From positions 458,716 through 522,715 of the forward strand of contig OZ025701.1 in the NCBI GenBank assembly GCA_964019335.1: DNA of 64,000 nt, read 5' to 3'. Source of the stretch: Diplonema japonicum (taxonomy: Eukaryota; Protista; Euglenozoa: Diplonemea). Shown here piece after piece: positions 44,858 through 55,636 of this stretch (position 1 is its first letter; the number at the start of each line of letters is the position of its first letter). The position numbers and the translations under genes were made by a program. The notes beneath the pieces were generated by a model that was given only the letters and a program-made list of their open reading frames with translations, was not told where the DNA came from and searched no databases.

Positions 44858-46390
44858 CTACGGGCATTCGGATCCGGGTGTGTAGGTACCGCCGTCTGGG
44901 CAGCACCGTGCTGGAGCGCAAGTTCTTACCCAGGTACAGTTATCGTCTTCAGGGTTGATGGCATCTTCAATGTTGACACCGACTGCCACGGCACCGAAGA
45001 CAAGACCCAGTACGAAGATGGCACAGGCCCACCTTACGGTAGCTGTGCCGAAGTACCCGGTGCCCTCCTCTTTGCTCAGCTTCACAGTAACAGCAGCAGG
45101 AAGCAGGAATGCGGCGCCAGTCAGCCCTCCCGCCCCCGTAAGCCCCAGCACAATGGATACGTCGTCGATCAAGTACGCGATCGCGAATGTGAAACCGATG
45201 TAGAAAGCCACCCACATAAGTCTCCTTCCCCAGAGGCTCACCTCACGGTCAGGGAAGAAGAACTTGTCCAGCGATGCAACGCATGGCTGGCACATGGTGG
45301 GGTACCCTGCAAGCACAGAGAGTGCGACCCCCAACCTCCCGATGATGACACTGATGTCGTCGGCCTCTTCGGTGAAGTTGAGGAGGACGTTGCCTTTTGT
45401 ATTGCTGTAAAAGGCGTAGTAGCCAAAGTAGCCGACAACACCGTACACAGCCCAGCAGATGGTGAGAGACGACCAGATCCACTTCTTCACCCGGATGGGC
45501 GTGGGGTCTCTGAACTCTCCGTACATTTGCACAATCTGAATGTGGGGTGCAAAGGCAAAGGTGATGATTGACACAGTGCGGAACATGTCTTTTGAAAACT
45601 CAAACCACGACATAGAGTCACCATCGTCGGGGGACTTAGAGCCGGACTTGATAACGATGACCATTGACATGAACAGCATTGAGATCACAGCAACGAGTGA
45701 CACATAGCGAAGGGCGTGGAGCGTTGGGAGGGCGCACAGAATCGCTTCTACACCGATTGCAAAGTACATCGGGGTGTGGCGTGACGCCCAAGCACTGCAA
45801 TAGTCTTCAGGTGTGTCGCCCATCCATACACCAATAGGCGGGGCGATCAAATCCCCGACAAGCTGGAAGTATGCAATGCCAATCCCCAGGGTGGAGACCA
45901 TGATGATGATCTGCACCATAACGGTACCCTTGGGACCAAAGACAGCCCGCATGATCCCCCCGTACGTCAGGTCTGTGTGTGTTGCGGATAACTTGCGTGC
46001 AGCCTCGCAGATCATAACACCCGACATTGCCATCAGAACGTACACAAGTGTCAGCAGAAAGAAACCGAAGATAACGCCCACAGACTTGAACGCAAAGGGC
46101 ATTGACAACGTCCCCGCACCCAAGCATACGTTGCACAGGTTGAAGGTAGACGCAAATATACCGGCTCCTTGGGCAGGTGCGTCCGGCACGAAGTCTTCAT
46201 CTTCAATCACTGTTTCTGCAGCTGCAGTTCCTTTCAGTAGCTTTAGGCTCTCATCCCAGTCCTCTGCTTCTGCGTACTTTGAAGGGGCGCCCGAAGGATC
46301 CTTCCCCCCGAACATCATCCACCACCATTTGAAGCCAGACTTCTCCTTCCTTGTTACGGTGATCTCCGTTCCAGCTTCTGAGCGTGCCAT
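44858..46390 (-). CDS. Amino acid transporter, AAAP/SLC38 family
   Basis: STFNLCNVCLGAGTLSMPFAF, ITFAFAPH, YGVVGYFGYYAF, ~11 TM segments. Confidence 0.93.
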   Translation of the reverse strand: MARSEAGTEITVTRKEKSGFKWWWMMFGGKDPSGAPSKYAEAEDWDESLKLLKGTAAAETVIEDEDFVPDAPAQGAGIFASTFNLCNVCLGAGTLSMPFAFKSVGVIFGFFLLTLVYVLMAMSGVMICEAARKLSATHTDLTYGGIMRAVFGPKGTVMVQIIIMVSTLGIGIAYFQLVGDLIAPPIGVWMGDTPEDYCSAWASRHTPMYFAIGVEAILCALPTLHALRYVSLVAVISMLFMSMVIVIKSGSKSPDDGDSMSWFEFSKDMFRTVSIITFAFAPHIQIVQMYGEFRDPTPIRVKKWIWSSLTICWAVYGVVGYFGYYAFYSNTKGNVLLNFTEEADDISVIIGRLGVALSVLAGYPTMCQPCVASLDKFFFPDREVSLWGRRLMWVAFYIGFTFAIAYLIDDVSIVLGLTGAGGLTGAAFLLPAAVTVKLSKEEGTGYFGTATVRWACAIFVLGLVFGAVAVGVNIEDAINPEDDNCTWVRTCAPARCCPDGGTYTPGSECP

Positions 46391-46565
46391 GTTGCTTTGC
46401 CCGGTGTTTTTATTGTCCCCCCGCCCTCCTTTTCTTCATCGTGAGTCATTTAATTGAATGGGCGACGAAAAAAAACTAGGCAGCATTTTCGTGCTCAAAA
46501 AAAGGGAGGGGGGGGGGGGGGGGGGATTAGTGGTACGTAAGTGTCACATATTTATCAGACTATTG

Positions 46566-49500
46566 TCACAAACTAAGTGCAGCAAGAGACCGTCCCCTCG
46601 ATTTTGAAGAAGGTTTGCGCATTGGTGGGAAGTCTTCGATGAGACGCAGCGTACCGAGCACTTCCGGGGAACAGATAGAAGCACCTTCCTGGCCGTCTCT
46701 CTGGATCCATATTGACATCCTAGCTACACCGATGACAATAGCATATTGCTCCTGCCCTTCTTCACAAGAAGGTATTAGGACTTTACTCCCGTGCCCCAGG
46801 AATGGGTGCAATTCTTTAAAGCTTTCTTCAGATATGTCAAAGAGCAGCTTGGTCCACTTCCCGACGATGTCTGACTTCTTACGCTTGTCGTGTGCCCCCA
46901 CTTGCGGCAGCTCGTTGTCATCAGCGACCTTGCCTAAGTAGGAGAAGGCGCATTTGTTCAGATTGCACTTAAGGACTGATGTGGAGTATAAAAATTCCAA
47001 CTCGAGCTCCTCTTTGATGTCAAGTCCCGAGAAAAGAACTGCGCCACTGTGGTCGCTGACTGCGTACCACAGAGCAGCGCAGTGCGTGCCAATAATGGTA
47101 ATAACAGGCGGAAACAGGGCAGGATAGGTGTCGCAAAAGGAGCGCAGAAAAGGCGGTGGTGAGTGGCACAGGTAGCGATCACCATGTCGCACGTTGAATC
47201 GCAGTGTTGCAGAAGGGGCAATGTTGAAGGCAGCAGTAGTTGCGTCCCAGAGCTGGTATTCAAAAGGGTCCGCCTCAGGTATATGGGAAGGGCTCTCGCT
47301 AACGACATCTAAGGCATATTCCATGAAAAGCTCTTCTTTGTCCTTCGCATCAAACTCCGTTGCGCACGCATTCACATGTTCGTCCCTCTTCCACAACACT
47401 CCATTGCGCTCACCTAACACCACTGCGCACTTGCCTTTCAACACTTTCTTGCCATATTGCACCCTACTTCCTGCCCCCACACCCCATTTCTCCTTCAGAC
47501 CATTAATCTCAAAGTACATTACACCCTCCCCCGTAATGTATCTTGCCATGCCGGTATACGGTAACCGCTCCGTTACAACCTTGGCTGATCTCACCTGTTC
47601 ATGTTTTTCTTCAGGTGGTTCTGAAGCTAGTTTATTAGACTCTCCTGCAACTGTAGTTGCCTGAGTGCTCTCCATGAAGCCACGCAGGGAAGCAACCCAA
47701 CACACCTTTTCAGCCATCAAACATACGAAGCCTCTTGCATTGGTCAGACCTAAGTCTTTCGTGCAACGTACATTTGTAGCCAGTGACTGTTGCAGCGAAC
47801 GGAAATCTTCTTCGAGTTTTGCACTGACCTCGCGCTCTTTGCGTTCCTTAACAAGCCTGGCACGCCTCCTTGCTAACAGAGCAGAAATCTTTCGTCTAAC
47901 CACTTCGTGGTGCTTGAGCCCGCTTTCATGCCCATCACTCTCCCTCAGGGTCTGGTACTCTTCAAGTGTGGGAACCTTCACTTCTGCACCATGTTGCTTG
48001 CTCACTGCAAGCTTTCGTAGCCCCTTTACTTCTGATTCTCGCATTGTGAGACATAGCCCCAATCTGTTGAGTGTCACCTCCAGAGCCTGACGGAAGTTCT
48101 TGCAATTGTAATCCTTGAAGTTCGCAACCATCTCTGCAACAGCATGCTTTTGAACTGATGTCAAGTGCAGTGCAACTGATTCTTCCGTGATGCTTAGTAC
48201 AGAAGGGTGCAGTTCTGGCGTCTCGGTGCTACCAGACCGAATACAAAGCATCTTGACTCTATCCGCCTCCTGCAAATGCGTCACCTGTACTGAAGGCTTT
48301 CGCTCCCATGTGCGGAGCACATCTCGGTTTAATAAAGTAGCACCCTGCTCTCCGTCCACGTGCACTGCGAGCATTCCATCGAGTGTTCCCAGCACGGTAG
48401 CTATTGTTCCTGGGCGCTGCCAAGAATATGTCTCATGGACGCCATATGCTGCCCTATCTCGGCGTGCGGTGCAGTCGTATTTGCCGTAGTTCGCAACCCG
48501 AGTGCCTCTTGGGAACTCGTCATCGTCCTTGATCCCAACAAGCTCGCAGTCCTGCGTGACATACGACAACACTGACGGCAGAGTGGTTTCATCTGACAGG
48601 TCAATGGTCGTGAAGTTCCTAGCGCTACTAGGGCGTAGGGAGTCGCGGAAGGGATGTAAAACTTCGAAGCCAATGGGTTGCACATGCAGATGCTGTTGCA
48701 GCTCTGTCCTCGACCCTCCGGGAAGGGGAACAGCGAACCGTGAGCCGTGCGGCTTCACCCACAGTTCGCCTTGGTACACGCCCACTATGGTACCTTTCAC
48801 TGATGGGCGGCAATGCTCGGAATACAAAACGACCTGCTGGTGGCACAGCCCGTACCTCTCCACCGCCACTTTGCCTCTGTCGAATATCACTTCAACCCCA
48901 AAGCATGTTAGATAGGGGAACTGATCTTCTGGCAGAGGTTCTTTGTATCCAAGGCATTCGGGGATTTCCACCTCGCACTTCACAGGAGTGAGCACGGAGT
49001 GTTGCAAGGGGAAAGCACCGGTCTGACCTTCGATCATGCCCCACAGTGTGCCATCGTGAATACCAAAGCATCTCACAAGTCGATGTAACCATCTTCCAGC
49101 TTTTATCTTTAAAAGCATTCCAAGTGTGGTCTCGTGTTGGTACAAAACATGCGGGCGTGCATCAAGTTCAACGAGAGTGCCGTCGAAAGACACAGCAGTC
49201 ACATGTTTCAAAGGACTCTCATATGACTCAGGAAAGGGCTGAAGTACATTCTGGACGCCAATATCTTGCGGGCGGATTTGAGCAAAGGTGTCTGCAGGCG
49301 ACTGAAACTCAAATGACGCTAACTGTCCTGTGTCTTGTAGCCTGATGCACATAGTGCCACGTGTAAGTCCCACAACTACTCCAACAGATCCTGCCCATGG
49401 GCCAGCCCCAAAAAGGATCCTCTGGCCAGGATACAGGCCTACTCTGGAACAGCTTTTGACAGAGGCATCATACATAGTCCCATCTATTTCTTCAAGCAAG

Positions 49501-51989
49501 ATAGAAGGCTGCACAAGCGGCACATTGTGCACCTTTCTGGCAGCGTAGGTGGAAAGAGGGGAGAACAAGGGAATGGGAAGTCCCTTGACTACATCTGCAA
49601 CCCACAAGACATCATTTCTGATACCCAGGACAGTGCACAACGTTCCATGCAAAGCCGTTTTCGTAATGAGAAAAACATCGTCAGCAGCTGCCCCTCGTGC
49701 ATGCAACAGGCTTTTGTCTCGCGAAAACCATCCAACCAATCTGTGACCAATAGGGAAGACCACACCGGGACCTTCACCACGTTCTACAATCACTGTATGG
49801 TCTTGTTCTCCCTGTTGTTGGGTGTTTTCACTAAAGTCTTGTTGCAACCATGAAACAACAGCCTCATCTGTGTCTCCATCACAGTAAGTACGGAGATACA
49901 CAGCTGCCGAAGTCACCATCTGGCGGATGACAAGGTCAGTTATGGGGTACTGGAAGGCAAGGCGCGCGAGGGAGAAGGCGCTTCTTGATAGCTCCTGTCT
50001 CTCGCCCTTTGGGTGTATGATAGGGGGGACATCTGGATAGTGAATGACAGGCACACAGGGAGCAAGTACTAAGTTCTCCGTGAATTTCCTTTTACAGGGA
50101 ATGAAGGTGGTAATGACTTGGTTGTTTCGCGACAAGCAGATGCCTGTCAGCTGCAGAACTCTCACGAAAAGAACGGATCTGTGGAGATCATGAGGTGTGA
50201 AGTGGTACTTTTCAATATGCTTGCCAAACTTGTCTCCCAACTTTGGGACAACTAAATCAAACCAGAAGGCAATCCGCGTGTCGTCTTCAACATCTGTCTC
50301 ATCTCCGAATAGCACTTCGATGGCCTGTAGCACACCTTCACCCCCACTCCTTAACGCCACCCACATCAGCTCTTTCACTACCCTGCTTATCATTTCAGTC
50401 CTCACACCCATGATGATGCTGTTGATCACTGTTATATACTCCTTTGCTGGTGCTTCCTGCTTCGATCGCTCTTTGCTACACAACCAGTAAGGGTGCAGCA
50501 TGCCGGCATTCAAGCGGTGGATCCTTTCGAACAGCTCGTTGTGCACCAAACCTAAGTACCGCAGGTTTGTCCCCCTTGCATGGCACATGGAAACTAGCAC
50601 AGACGGGGAACCTTCACGAGGGGGTACAACAAAATATGAAAGGAAGTCTGCTTCAGAAGATTGGTTTTCTCGAATGTATTGCAGAGATGTACAAATGAGA
50701 TCATTGACAAGATGGTGAAGGAGTCCTGTGATCAGCAAGTCATGGAGGAGAGCTGACTCCAGAGATCGGTCTGTATCGGTGCTGAAGGGGGTCCAAGCAT
50801 CTGGGGATATTGGTATCTCAGTACCATTTTTGGTCATCGACATTGCAAGCATCTCTTTGCGGAACATTTTGTATAAAAACTCACCTTCTCCGGGTACTGG
50901 GGGGTAAATACGCCCAATCCCTGTTGTGCAATAAAATCTGTTGTCAGGACATTTCACCAACTGCACGTCCCATGGACCTGGAGGTCTTGTGTTAAGCATC
51001 TTGTGTAACTTCGCCATGATTTGTTCGCCCTCTCTATTATTCTGGTGTGTAGCTTCGCCTATCTCCACAGGCAGAACTGGCCTCACAAGTATTCTATGTC
51101 CAACGTAGGTGATGGTGTAGTATGGGTACCGTCCAAGAGCTGCTTCGGGAAGAGAATGCAGGGCATTCAGGCCTTTAAGCTTGTGGGATAAACCCTTCAT
51201 AGCCGCGGGGTGCGACTTGAATCTGGCTATCCTCTCCATGGATCCAGCAAAGCAGTAGTGCACACCAGCAACAACAACGTTGTAAGGAGGGGCTTGTTGG
51301 TGTGCGTTTGAAGTTTGGAACCTGTCCATCCCGTGGTACACTGTGTTATATTGTAGCTTCTCGACGAGGGACGTGAGCCGCATTTTTGACAAGTGAGTTT
51401 TGTCAAGAATCCTTTTAGCAAATTTTTGCCTTGTGGTCAAGAGTTCAGGTGGCTTTTTATTGGGGGACTCGAATTCGCTTGTTGCTTCTCCTCGTCCTGC
51501 CCTTGTCTGTGTCTTAACTAATGCAATAGCGACAGGAGCCGTTGCGTCTAGGAAGGCGTTCAGTATCGCTTGCAGTGCGGCCAAACGGTGCGCCTTTTCT
51601 ACGTTGTTCGATGCAGGAAGGTTGCATGCTTCCTGCCAGTCATTCGTCCACTTCACGTTGCTCTTACATTCTGCAGGATACCCGTGTAATGGCCAGCCCT
51701 TTCTTCCCTCTAACTCGTTGTCTTCTTTGTAATTTCTCTCTGCACCCTCATACACCCCAGGAACCATCCCACTAGGGTTCAACACTACTTCTTGCACGGC
51801 TTCTTTCCCTGACATTTCTTTCCGTGTTTTTACTTCTTCCAATTTGCATTCACCAATCTGCACTGTACCGCTGGTCCACTTTGCCCTGCTGTTTTCGTAA
51901 ATCTGAAACTTATCTTTTCCTTCATCTTGTATGAAGGCGTTTTCATATTTCTTTTTAAACGCAATAGGGTACGGACCGAACCCTTGCAT
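46566..51989 (-). CDS. Large CLU-domain protein with ~8 C-terminal SH3/KOW-like repeats
   Basis: WTNDWQ, AAMKGLSHKLKGL, ITYVGHRILV, DNRFY...RIYPP, LYKMFRKE, ISPDAW, HARGTNLRYLG and EMISRVVKE follow the CLU motif order. First ATG at 51989; frame open from ~52088. Confidence 0.8.
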   Translation of the reverse strand: MQGFGPYPIAFKKKYENAFIQDEGKDKFQIYENSRAKWTSGTVQIGECKLEEVKTRKEMSGKEAVQEVVLNPSGMVPGVYEGAERNYKEDNELEGRKGWPLHGYPAECKSNVKWTNDWQEACNLPASNNVEKAHRLAALQAILNAFLDATAPVAIALVKTQTRAGRGEATSEFESPNKKPPELLTTRQKFAKRILDKTHLSKMRLTSLVEKLQYNTVYHGMDRFQTSNAHQQAPPYNVVVAGVHYCFAGSMERIARFKSHPAAMKGLSHKLKGLNALHSLPEAALGRYPYYTITYVGHRILVRPVLPVEIGEATHQNNREGEQIMAKLHKMLNTRPPGPWDVQLVKCPDNRFYCTTGIGRIYPPVPGEGEFLYKMFRKEMLAMSMTKNGTEIPISPDAWTPFSTDTDRSLESALLHDLLITGLLHHLVNDLICTSLQYIRENQSSEADFLSYFVVPPREGSPSVLVSMCHARGTNLRYLGLVHNELFERIHRLNAGMLHPYWLCSKERSKQEAPAKEYITVINSIIMGVRTEMISRVVKELMWVALRSGGEGVLQAIEVLFGDETDVEDDTRIAFWFDLVVPKLGDKFGKHIEKYHFTPHDLHRSVLFVRVLQLTGICLSRNNQVITTFIPCKRKFTENLVLAPCVPVIHYPDVPPIIHPKGERQELSRSAFSLARLAFQYPITDLVIRQMVTSAAVYLRTYCDGDTDEAVVSWLQQDFSENTQQQGEQDHTVIVERGEGPGVVFPIGHRLVGWFSRDKSLLHARGAAADDVFLITKTALHGTLCTVLGIRNDVLWVADVVKGLPIPLFSPLSTYAARKVHNVPLVQPSILLEEIDGTMYDASVKSCSRVGLYPGQRILFGAGPWAGSVGVVVGLTRGTMCIRLQDTGQLASFEFQSPADTFAQIRPQDIGVQNVLQPFPESYESPLKHVTAVSFDGTLVELDARPHVLYQHETTLGMLLKIKAGRWLHRLVRCFGIHDGTLWGMIEGQTGAFPLQHSVLTPVKCEVEIPECLGYKEPLPEDQFPYLTCFGVEVIFDRGKVAVERYGLCHQQVVLYSEHCRPSVKGTIVGVYQGELWVKPHGSRFAVPLPGGSRTELQQHLHVQPIGFEVLHPFRDSLRPSSARNFTTIDLSDETTLPSVLSYVTQDCELVGIKDDDEFPRGTRVANYGKYDCTARRDRAAYGVHETYSWQRPGTIATVLGTLDGMLAVHVDGEQGATLLNRDVLRTWERKPSVQVTHLQEADRVKMLCIRSGSTETPELHPSVLSITEESVALHLTSVQKHAVAEMVANFKDYNCKNFRQALEVTLNRLGLCLTMRESEVKGLRKLAVSKQHGAEVKVPTLEEYQTLRESDGHESGLKHHEVVRRKISALLARRRARLVKERKEREVSAKLEEDFRSLQQSLATNVRCTKDLGLTNARGFVCLMAEKVCWVASLRGFMESTQATTVAGESNKLASEPPEEKHEQVRSAKVVTERLPYTGMARYITGEGVMYFEINGLKEKWGVGAGSRVQYGKKVLKGKCAVVLGERNGVLWKRDEHVNACATEFDAKDKEELFMEYALDVVSESPSHIPEADPFEYQLWDATTAAFNIAPSATLRFNVRHGDRYLCHSPPPFLRSFCDTYPALFPPVITIIGTHCAALWYAVSDHSGAVLFSGLDIKEELELEFLYSTSVLKCNLNKCAFSYLGKVADDNELPQVGAHDKRKKSDIVGKWTKLLFDISEESFKELHPFLGHGSKVLIPSCEEGQEQYAIVIGVARMSIWIQRDGQEGASICSPEVLGTLRLIEDFPPMRKPSSKSRGRSLAALSL

Positions 51990-52095
51990 CGTTGCATGTC
52001 GACCTTTGAATATTGACAACCGGTTGCACCAACGACATAGGGCACTAGGTAGCAAAATAACAGGGCTGGAAAGCTCCGCTAGCTTCGGTCAAGTG

Positions 52096-53964
52096 TTACA
52101 ACTTTTGCTCCTTAAGATTGAAGGTGTGGCGCTTGTATCCCTTGGTGGCCTCATGGACGAGCCTATTGCAAAAGTGACACAGCCACGATGTGCATGTTGT
52201 GCATTCCACACAGGCCAGAGATGCGTGGCATCGTTGGCATGGGTGCGCTGCTGACACTTTGAAAGAAGATCCTGACGAAAGCAGGGCCTGGCCAGCCTTG
52301 CTGTGTGTGTAATGAGTGGGGTAGAACAAAAAGCAAACGCTAATCCGCTTGTCAAGGTAGATTGTCTCCGGAAGTGCGGGAGCGACGTGGGACTGCAGCC
52401 AAGAAACCAGATCGTCCTCTGAAGAAGAAAGGGTTTTAGGAAGCTGCTGGACGTAAATCCATTGGTCTGTTTTAGGCCTTGCACAGTGTATGTCGAGGGT
52501 ATCGGGTGTCATCTCTTCAAGACCAATGATGCGGGCTAGCTCATCCATCATCACTTGTTCATGTGAGTGTGCTTCCTTGAGTTGTTTTACAAGCTGCTTC
52601 CGGGTTCTCTTGTACTCCAACGCAGTAAGCTTGTTGTATGACACCTTGCTCTGCTCAAGCGCTCGTGATCTTGATGTAGAAGGCAACAGTCCACCGATCG
52701 AAATTCTTTTATGGGTTGCTTGAAGTATTGGATCCTTGTCATCGTCTAGTTCGTCTTCTGAGTCAGATGAGTAGGGGTCGTCTGGGGATTCAAACATCAT
52801 TGATTGGATCTTAACACAATCTGCCATGAAACGGTCGTAGGCCGCATTGCTCGTCTGAAGGTCAATCAGTTCGTGATGCTGGGAAACTAAACTCGTCCTA
52901 TAGTCGCAGTGTCCCTCGGAGGTCTTGACAAGAGGTGCGACGCCTGCATTAGTGTTTCTTCTTATAGTGAGTATTGATCCAGCTCTAGCATGCTTTGGGT
53001 TGCTGAGGAAGCTTGTGAACAGAGAACCGCGGTGAAAAGAGTCCTTCCTTCGCCTCAAGGCTTTAGAAGCAACTCCTATCTCCGCTGCAATCTGCTCTAT
53101 TGTGCCATACAACCTGTCCGCCTTTCGCCCCTCCCCTCGTTTTTCATGCAAGATCTCATTTGCTGTATCCCAAATGCCTTGCAAAAAATCACCTTCTTCA
53201 CCTAACTTCTCTATCAATTCACCTTGTGCAGCGCAATATCTCTCGACCCCTTCTACTACCTCAACTGCTGTTCTCACATTTACTTCACACAATCCTTCTT
53301 TTACTTCGCTCTGAGATTGCTTTTCATATCTTTCTAAGTTTTCAAGAATGGCCTCGACACCTTTCTCAAATTCTTCAATCTCCTTTTGCAGGACATTTTG
53401 TAAACCCTCAGTGCCTTGTACTGGTAAAGGGGTTTGTGCTTCAGAATTATGGCTATTAGTTGTGGCTTCAGAGAGAGTTGCTGGTATTAGGAGTGGGGTG
53501 CTTGGGTGGTCAACCAGTTCAATCGCCCATGACATTCGTCGAGATGCAGGCAGTTTTCTAGAAGATCTCTTTCTACTTAGAGGAGATGGGGCACAGGAGT
53601 GAGGTGTGACTGATCTGGAAGAGGCTGCTTGAAGAGCTGAGTGAGATGAGATCCTGGGAGGGGGGAAACTTGCAGGCGGCTTTGGATCATAATTGGGAGA
53701 ATGATCAAAGTAAGTTCTTGCACATGCTTTGCAAACCAGTACAGCAACACTACCTACCATACCTATCACACCAGCAACACTCATTAGTATTTCTCCTTTT
53801 CTCTGTCCCCAAGGTACCAATATCCCATGATCCACTCCTTCCCACTCTTCTGCTGAGTATGAGCATGCCCAGGCAACTCCTTCAGATGGACATGCAATAT
53901 AATTCAGGTACAATGAATCTGGCACATGTAGGGCAGAATCTGTCTGAAGCAATGCATTGGGCAT
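52096..53964 (-). CDS. Hypothetical coiled-coil protein ending in a B-box-type zinc finger
   Basis: 622-aa ORF; C-terminal CQRCHASLACVECTTCTSWLCHFCNRLVH...H. Confidence 0.75.
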   Translation of the reverse strand: MPNALLQTDSALHVPDSLYLNYIACPSEGVAWACSYSAEEWEGVDHGILVPWGQRKGEILMSVAGVIGMVGSVAVLVCKACARTYFDHSPNYDPKPPASFPPPRISSHSALQAASSRSVTPHSCAPSPLSRKRSSRKLPASRRMSWAIELVDHPSTPLLIPATLSEATTNSHNSEAQTPLPVQGTEGLQNVLQKEIEEFEKGVEAILENLERYEKQSQSEVKEGLCEVNVRTAVEVVEGVERYCAAQGELIEKLGEEGDFLQGIWDTANEILHEKRGEGRKADRLYGTIEQIAAEIGVASKALRRRKDSFHRGSLFTSFLSNPKHARAGSILTIRRNTNAGVAPLVKTSEGHCDYRTSLVSQHHELIDLQTSNAAYDRFMADCVKIQSMMFESPDDPYSSDSEDELDDDKDPILQATHKRISIGGLLPSTSRSRALEQSKVSYNKLTALEYKRTRKQLVKQLKEAHSHEQVMMDELARIIGLEEMTPDTLDIHCARPKTDQWIYVQQLPKTLSSSEDDLVSWLQSHVAPALPETIYLDKRISVCFLFYPTHYTHSKAGQALLSSGSSFKVSAAHPCQRCHASLACVECTTCTSWLCHFCNRLVHEATKGYKRHTFNLKEQKL

Positions 53965-54079
53965 TAGTATCTGTTGTATGGTTCATATTGTTGATCCTGG
54001 ATTGTTATTGAGACTAATGGGGGGGGGGGGGGGGGGGGGGTCACATAGTCCTTAAAAAACGTGGTAAACGTGAAAAAAA

Positions 54080-54212
54080 AAGTTTTAAGAAATCTTTTTT
54101 CTAAGGTAAAAAAAAACCACCCAATACCCTCTAAATTAACCAAAAAATCAAAATTCGCCGGATTAGAGCATTTCTGAGCACTTGTTAATGCTTTATCTGT
54201 ATTTTTGAAAAC
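54080..54212 (+). repeat. Dispersed non-coding repeat, copy 2
   Basis: Matches 22120-22266; the internal A-run is 9 nt here versus ~31 nt there. Confidence 0.85.
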
Positions 54213-54361
54213 GACTGCAGAGGGGGAGTAGGTCTCCGGTGTCTTCAAGGTATTTGATTGCTATTTGTGGGTTCTCCACAAGGATGTGTCTCAGCGTCAG
54301 GGTGTCAAAGTGTTTGTCCCTGCTTGCTTTGGATGACAGGTAGTCTAGGAAGAGATTTTGG

Positions 54362-54752
54362 AGTGAACAACACATCTGATGTACTTCTTTATATTTCCAT
54401 ATTATCCCCACCACCTTAATAATAATAATAATAAATTCGATGATTTAAAGGAAGCCAGTGGGGGCACCCTGCACAAGCATCATTTACTTGATTACAGGGG
54501 GTGCACCTCGGCCTAGCTGTAGCTTCTTCTGCGTTCTGCATCGTGTCCTTAATGTGTGCAGTGTGCAGCTCAACCCCAGCCAGGGCGCTCTGGGTAACCA
54601 AGATTCTGAGCCCGTGTAGTTTGCTGCCTGTTCGCCACCCAGAGCATCTGCTTCTTCCACTTGGGCACTACCAGTGATGACCGACGGGGAGGTCAACAGC
54701 AAACAACACATCTGATGTACTTCTTTATATTTCCATGTTATCCCCACCACCT
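54362..54752 (-). repeat. ~300-bp repeat family, reverse-orientation copies (one full, one partial)
   Basis: Reverse complement of the 55637-57435 units, e.g. AACACATCTGATGTACTTCTTTATATTTCCATGTTATCCCCACCACC. Confidence 0.9.
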
Positions 54753-54814
54753 AATAAAAGGACTTAAGGGTGTTTGCAGTATGTGGCAGGGCACCCCACT
54801 CAAGTCTACTAGAG

Positions 54815-54903
54815 CAGTGTTGGTCAGTCCCATCCCATCCCCTAAAACGGAATACGGGCCTGGATGGGACTCATGGGACTCCACGGGACTCTCCCCAACA
54901 CCG
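54815..54903. mobile_element. 89-bp MITE-like element
   Basis: Termini CAGTGTTGG...CCAACACCG (8/9 inverted match) with inverted internal GTCCCAT/ATGGGAC motifs; no target-site duplication seen. Confidence 0.45.
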
Positions 54904-55257
54904 TCATTATTTTTGATAGTTTTGCAACTTTTTTTTTTTTTTTTTTTTTTTCCTTCTTTTTTTCTTGTCTTCTCACATTTTTTTGCACACCTAAGCCAAG
55001 CTGTTGTTTCTGCTTTCTGCATCAAATGTTGTATTTGGATGTAATAGAAAAGGGGGGAAATAATAAATAATATGTACAAGAGGAGGGTATGTTCCTTGCT
55101 TTCAGCACTGTGCCCCTAATGTGCAATGTACAGCTCAACCCCTGCATCACACTGCCTGTTTGTTGCACATTGACACTGAAATTTTATCGTTTTTTTTTTT
55201 TTTTATTATGCTCCATATTCGCTAAGTGACCCACCCTATGTCCCAAAGGGGTTATAG

Positions 55258-55452
55258 CAGTGATGGGTGAATCCTAATTAGGACTAGACCAGACTGGACC
55301 AGACCAGACTGGATCTGGCGTGAATTTCGACCCAATTATGCTGGACTGACTGGACTGACCAGACTGGACCGGACTGGACTGGACCGGACTGGACTGGACC
55401 AGACCAGACCAGACCAGACTGGACCGGACCAGACTGGACTGAACCAGACTGT
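55258..55452 (+). repeat. CAGTGATGGG-headed element with GACTG/GACCA pentamer array (second copy 58372-58450)
   Basis: CAGTGATGGGTGAATCCTAATTAGGACTAGACCAGACTGGAC is identical in both copies. Confidence 0.8.
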
Positions 55453-55592
55453 ACAAGATACAACCACAACACCACATCCCCCCCTTTTTTTTGCTGCAGA
55501 GTTCAAACATATAAACAGATGTCTACAAGAAAAGATGTTACACAGGTACTGAGAGACGACAACAACAACAAAAACAACGAGAAATGAAGAAG

Positions 55593-55627
<35 letters not shown>

Positions 55628-55636
55628 CTTCTTTTT

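Noticed and set aside
3588-53602. Plus-strand ORFs overlapping real genes (e.g. 9600-10349, 44846-45571, 45813-46457)
   Set aside because: Antisense shadows of GC3-biased coding sequence.
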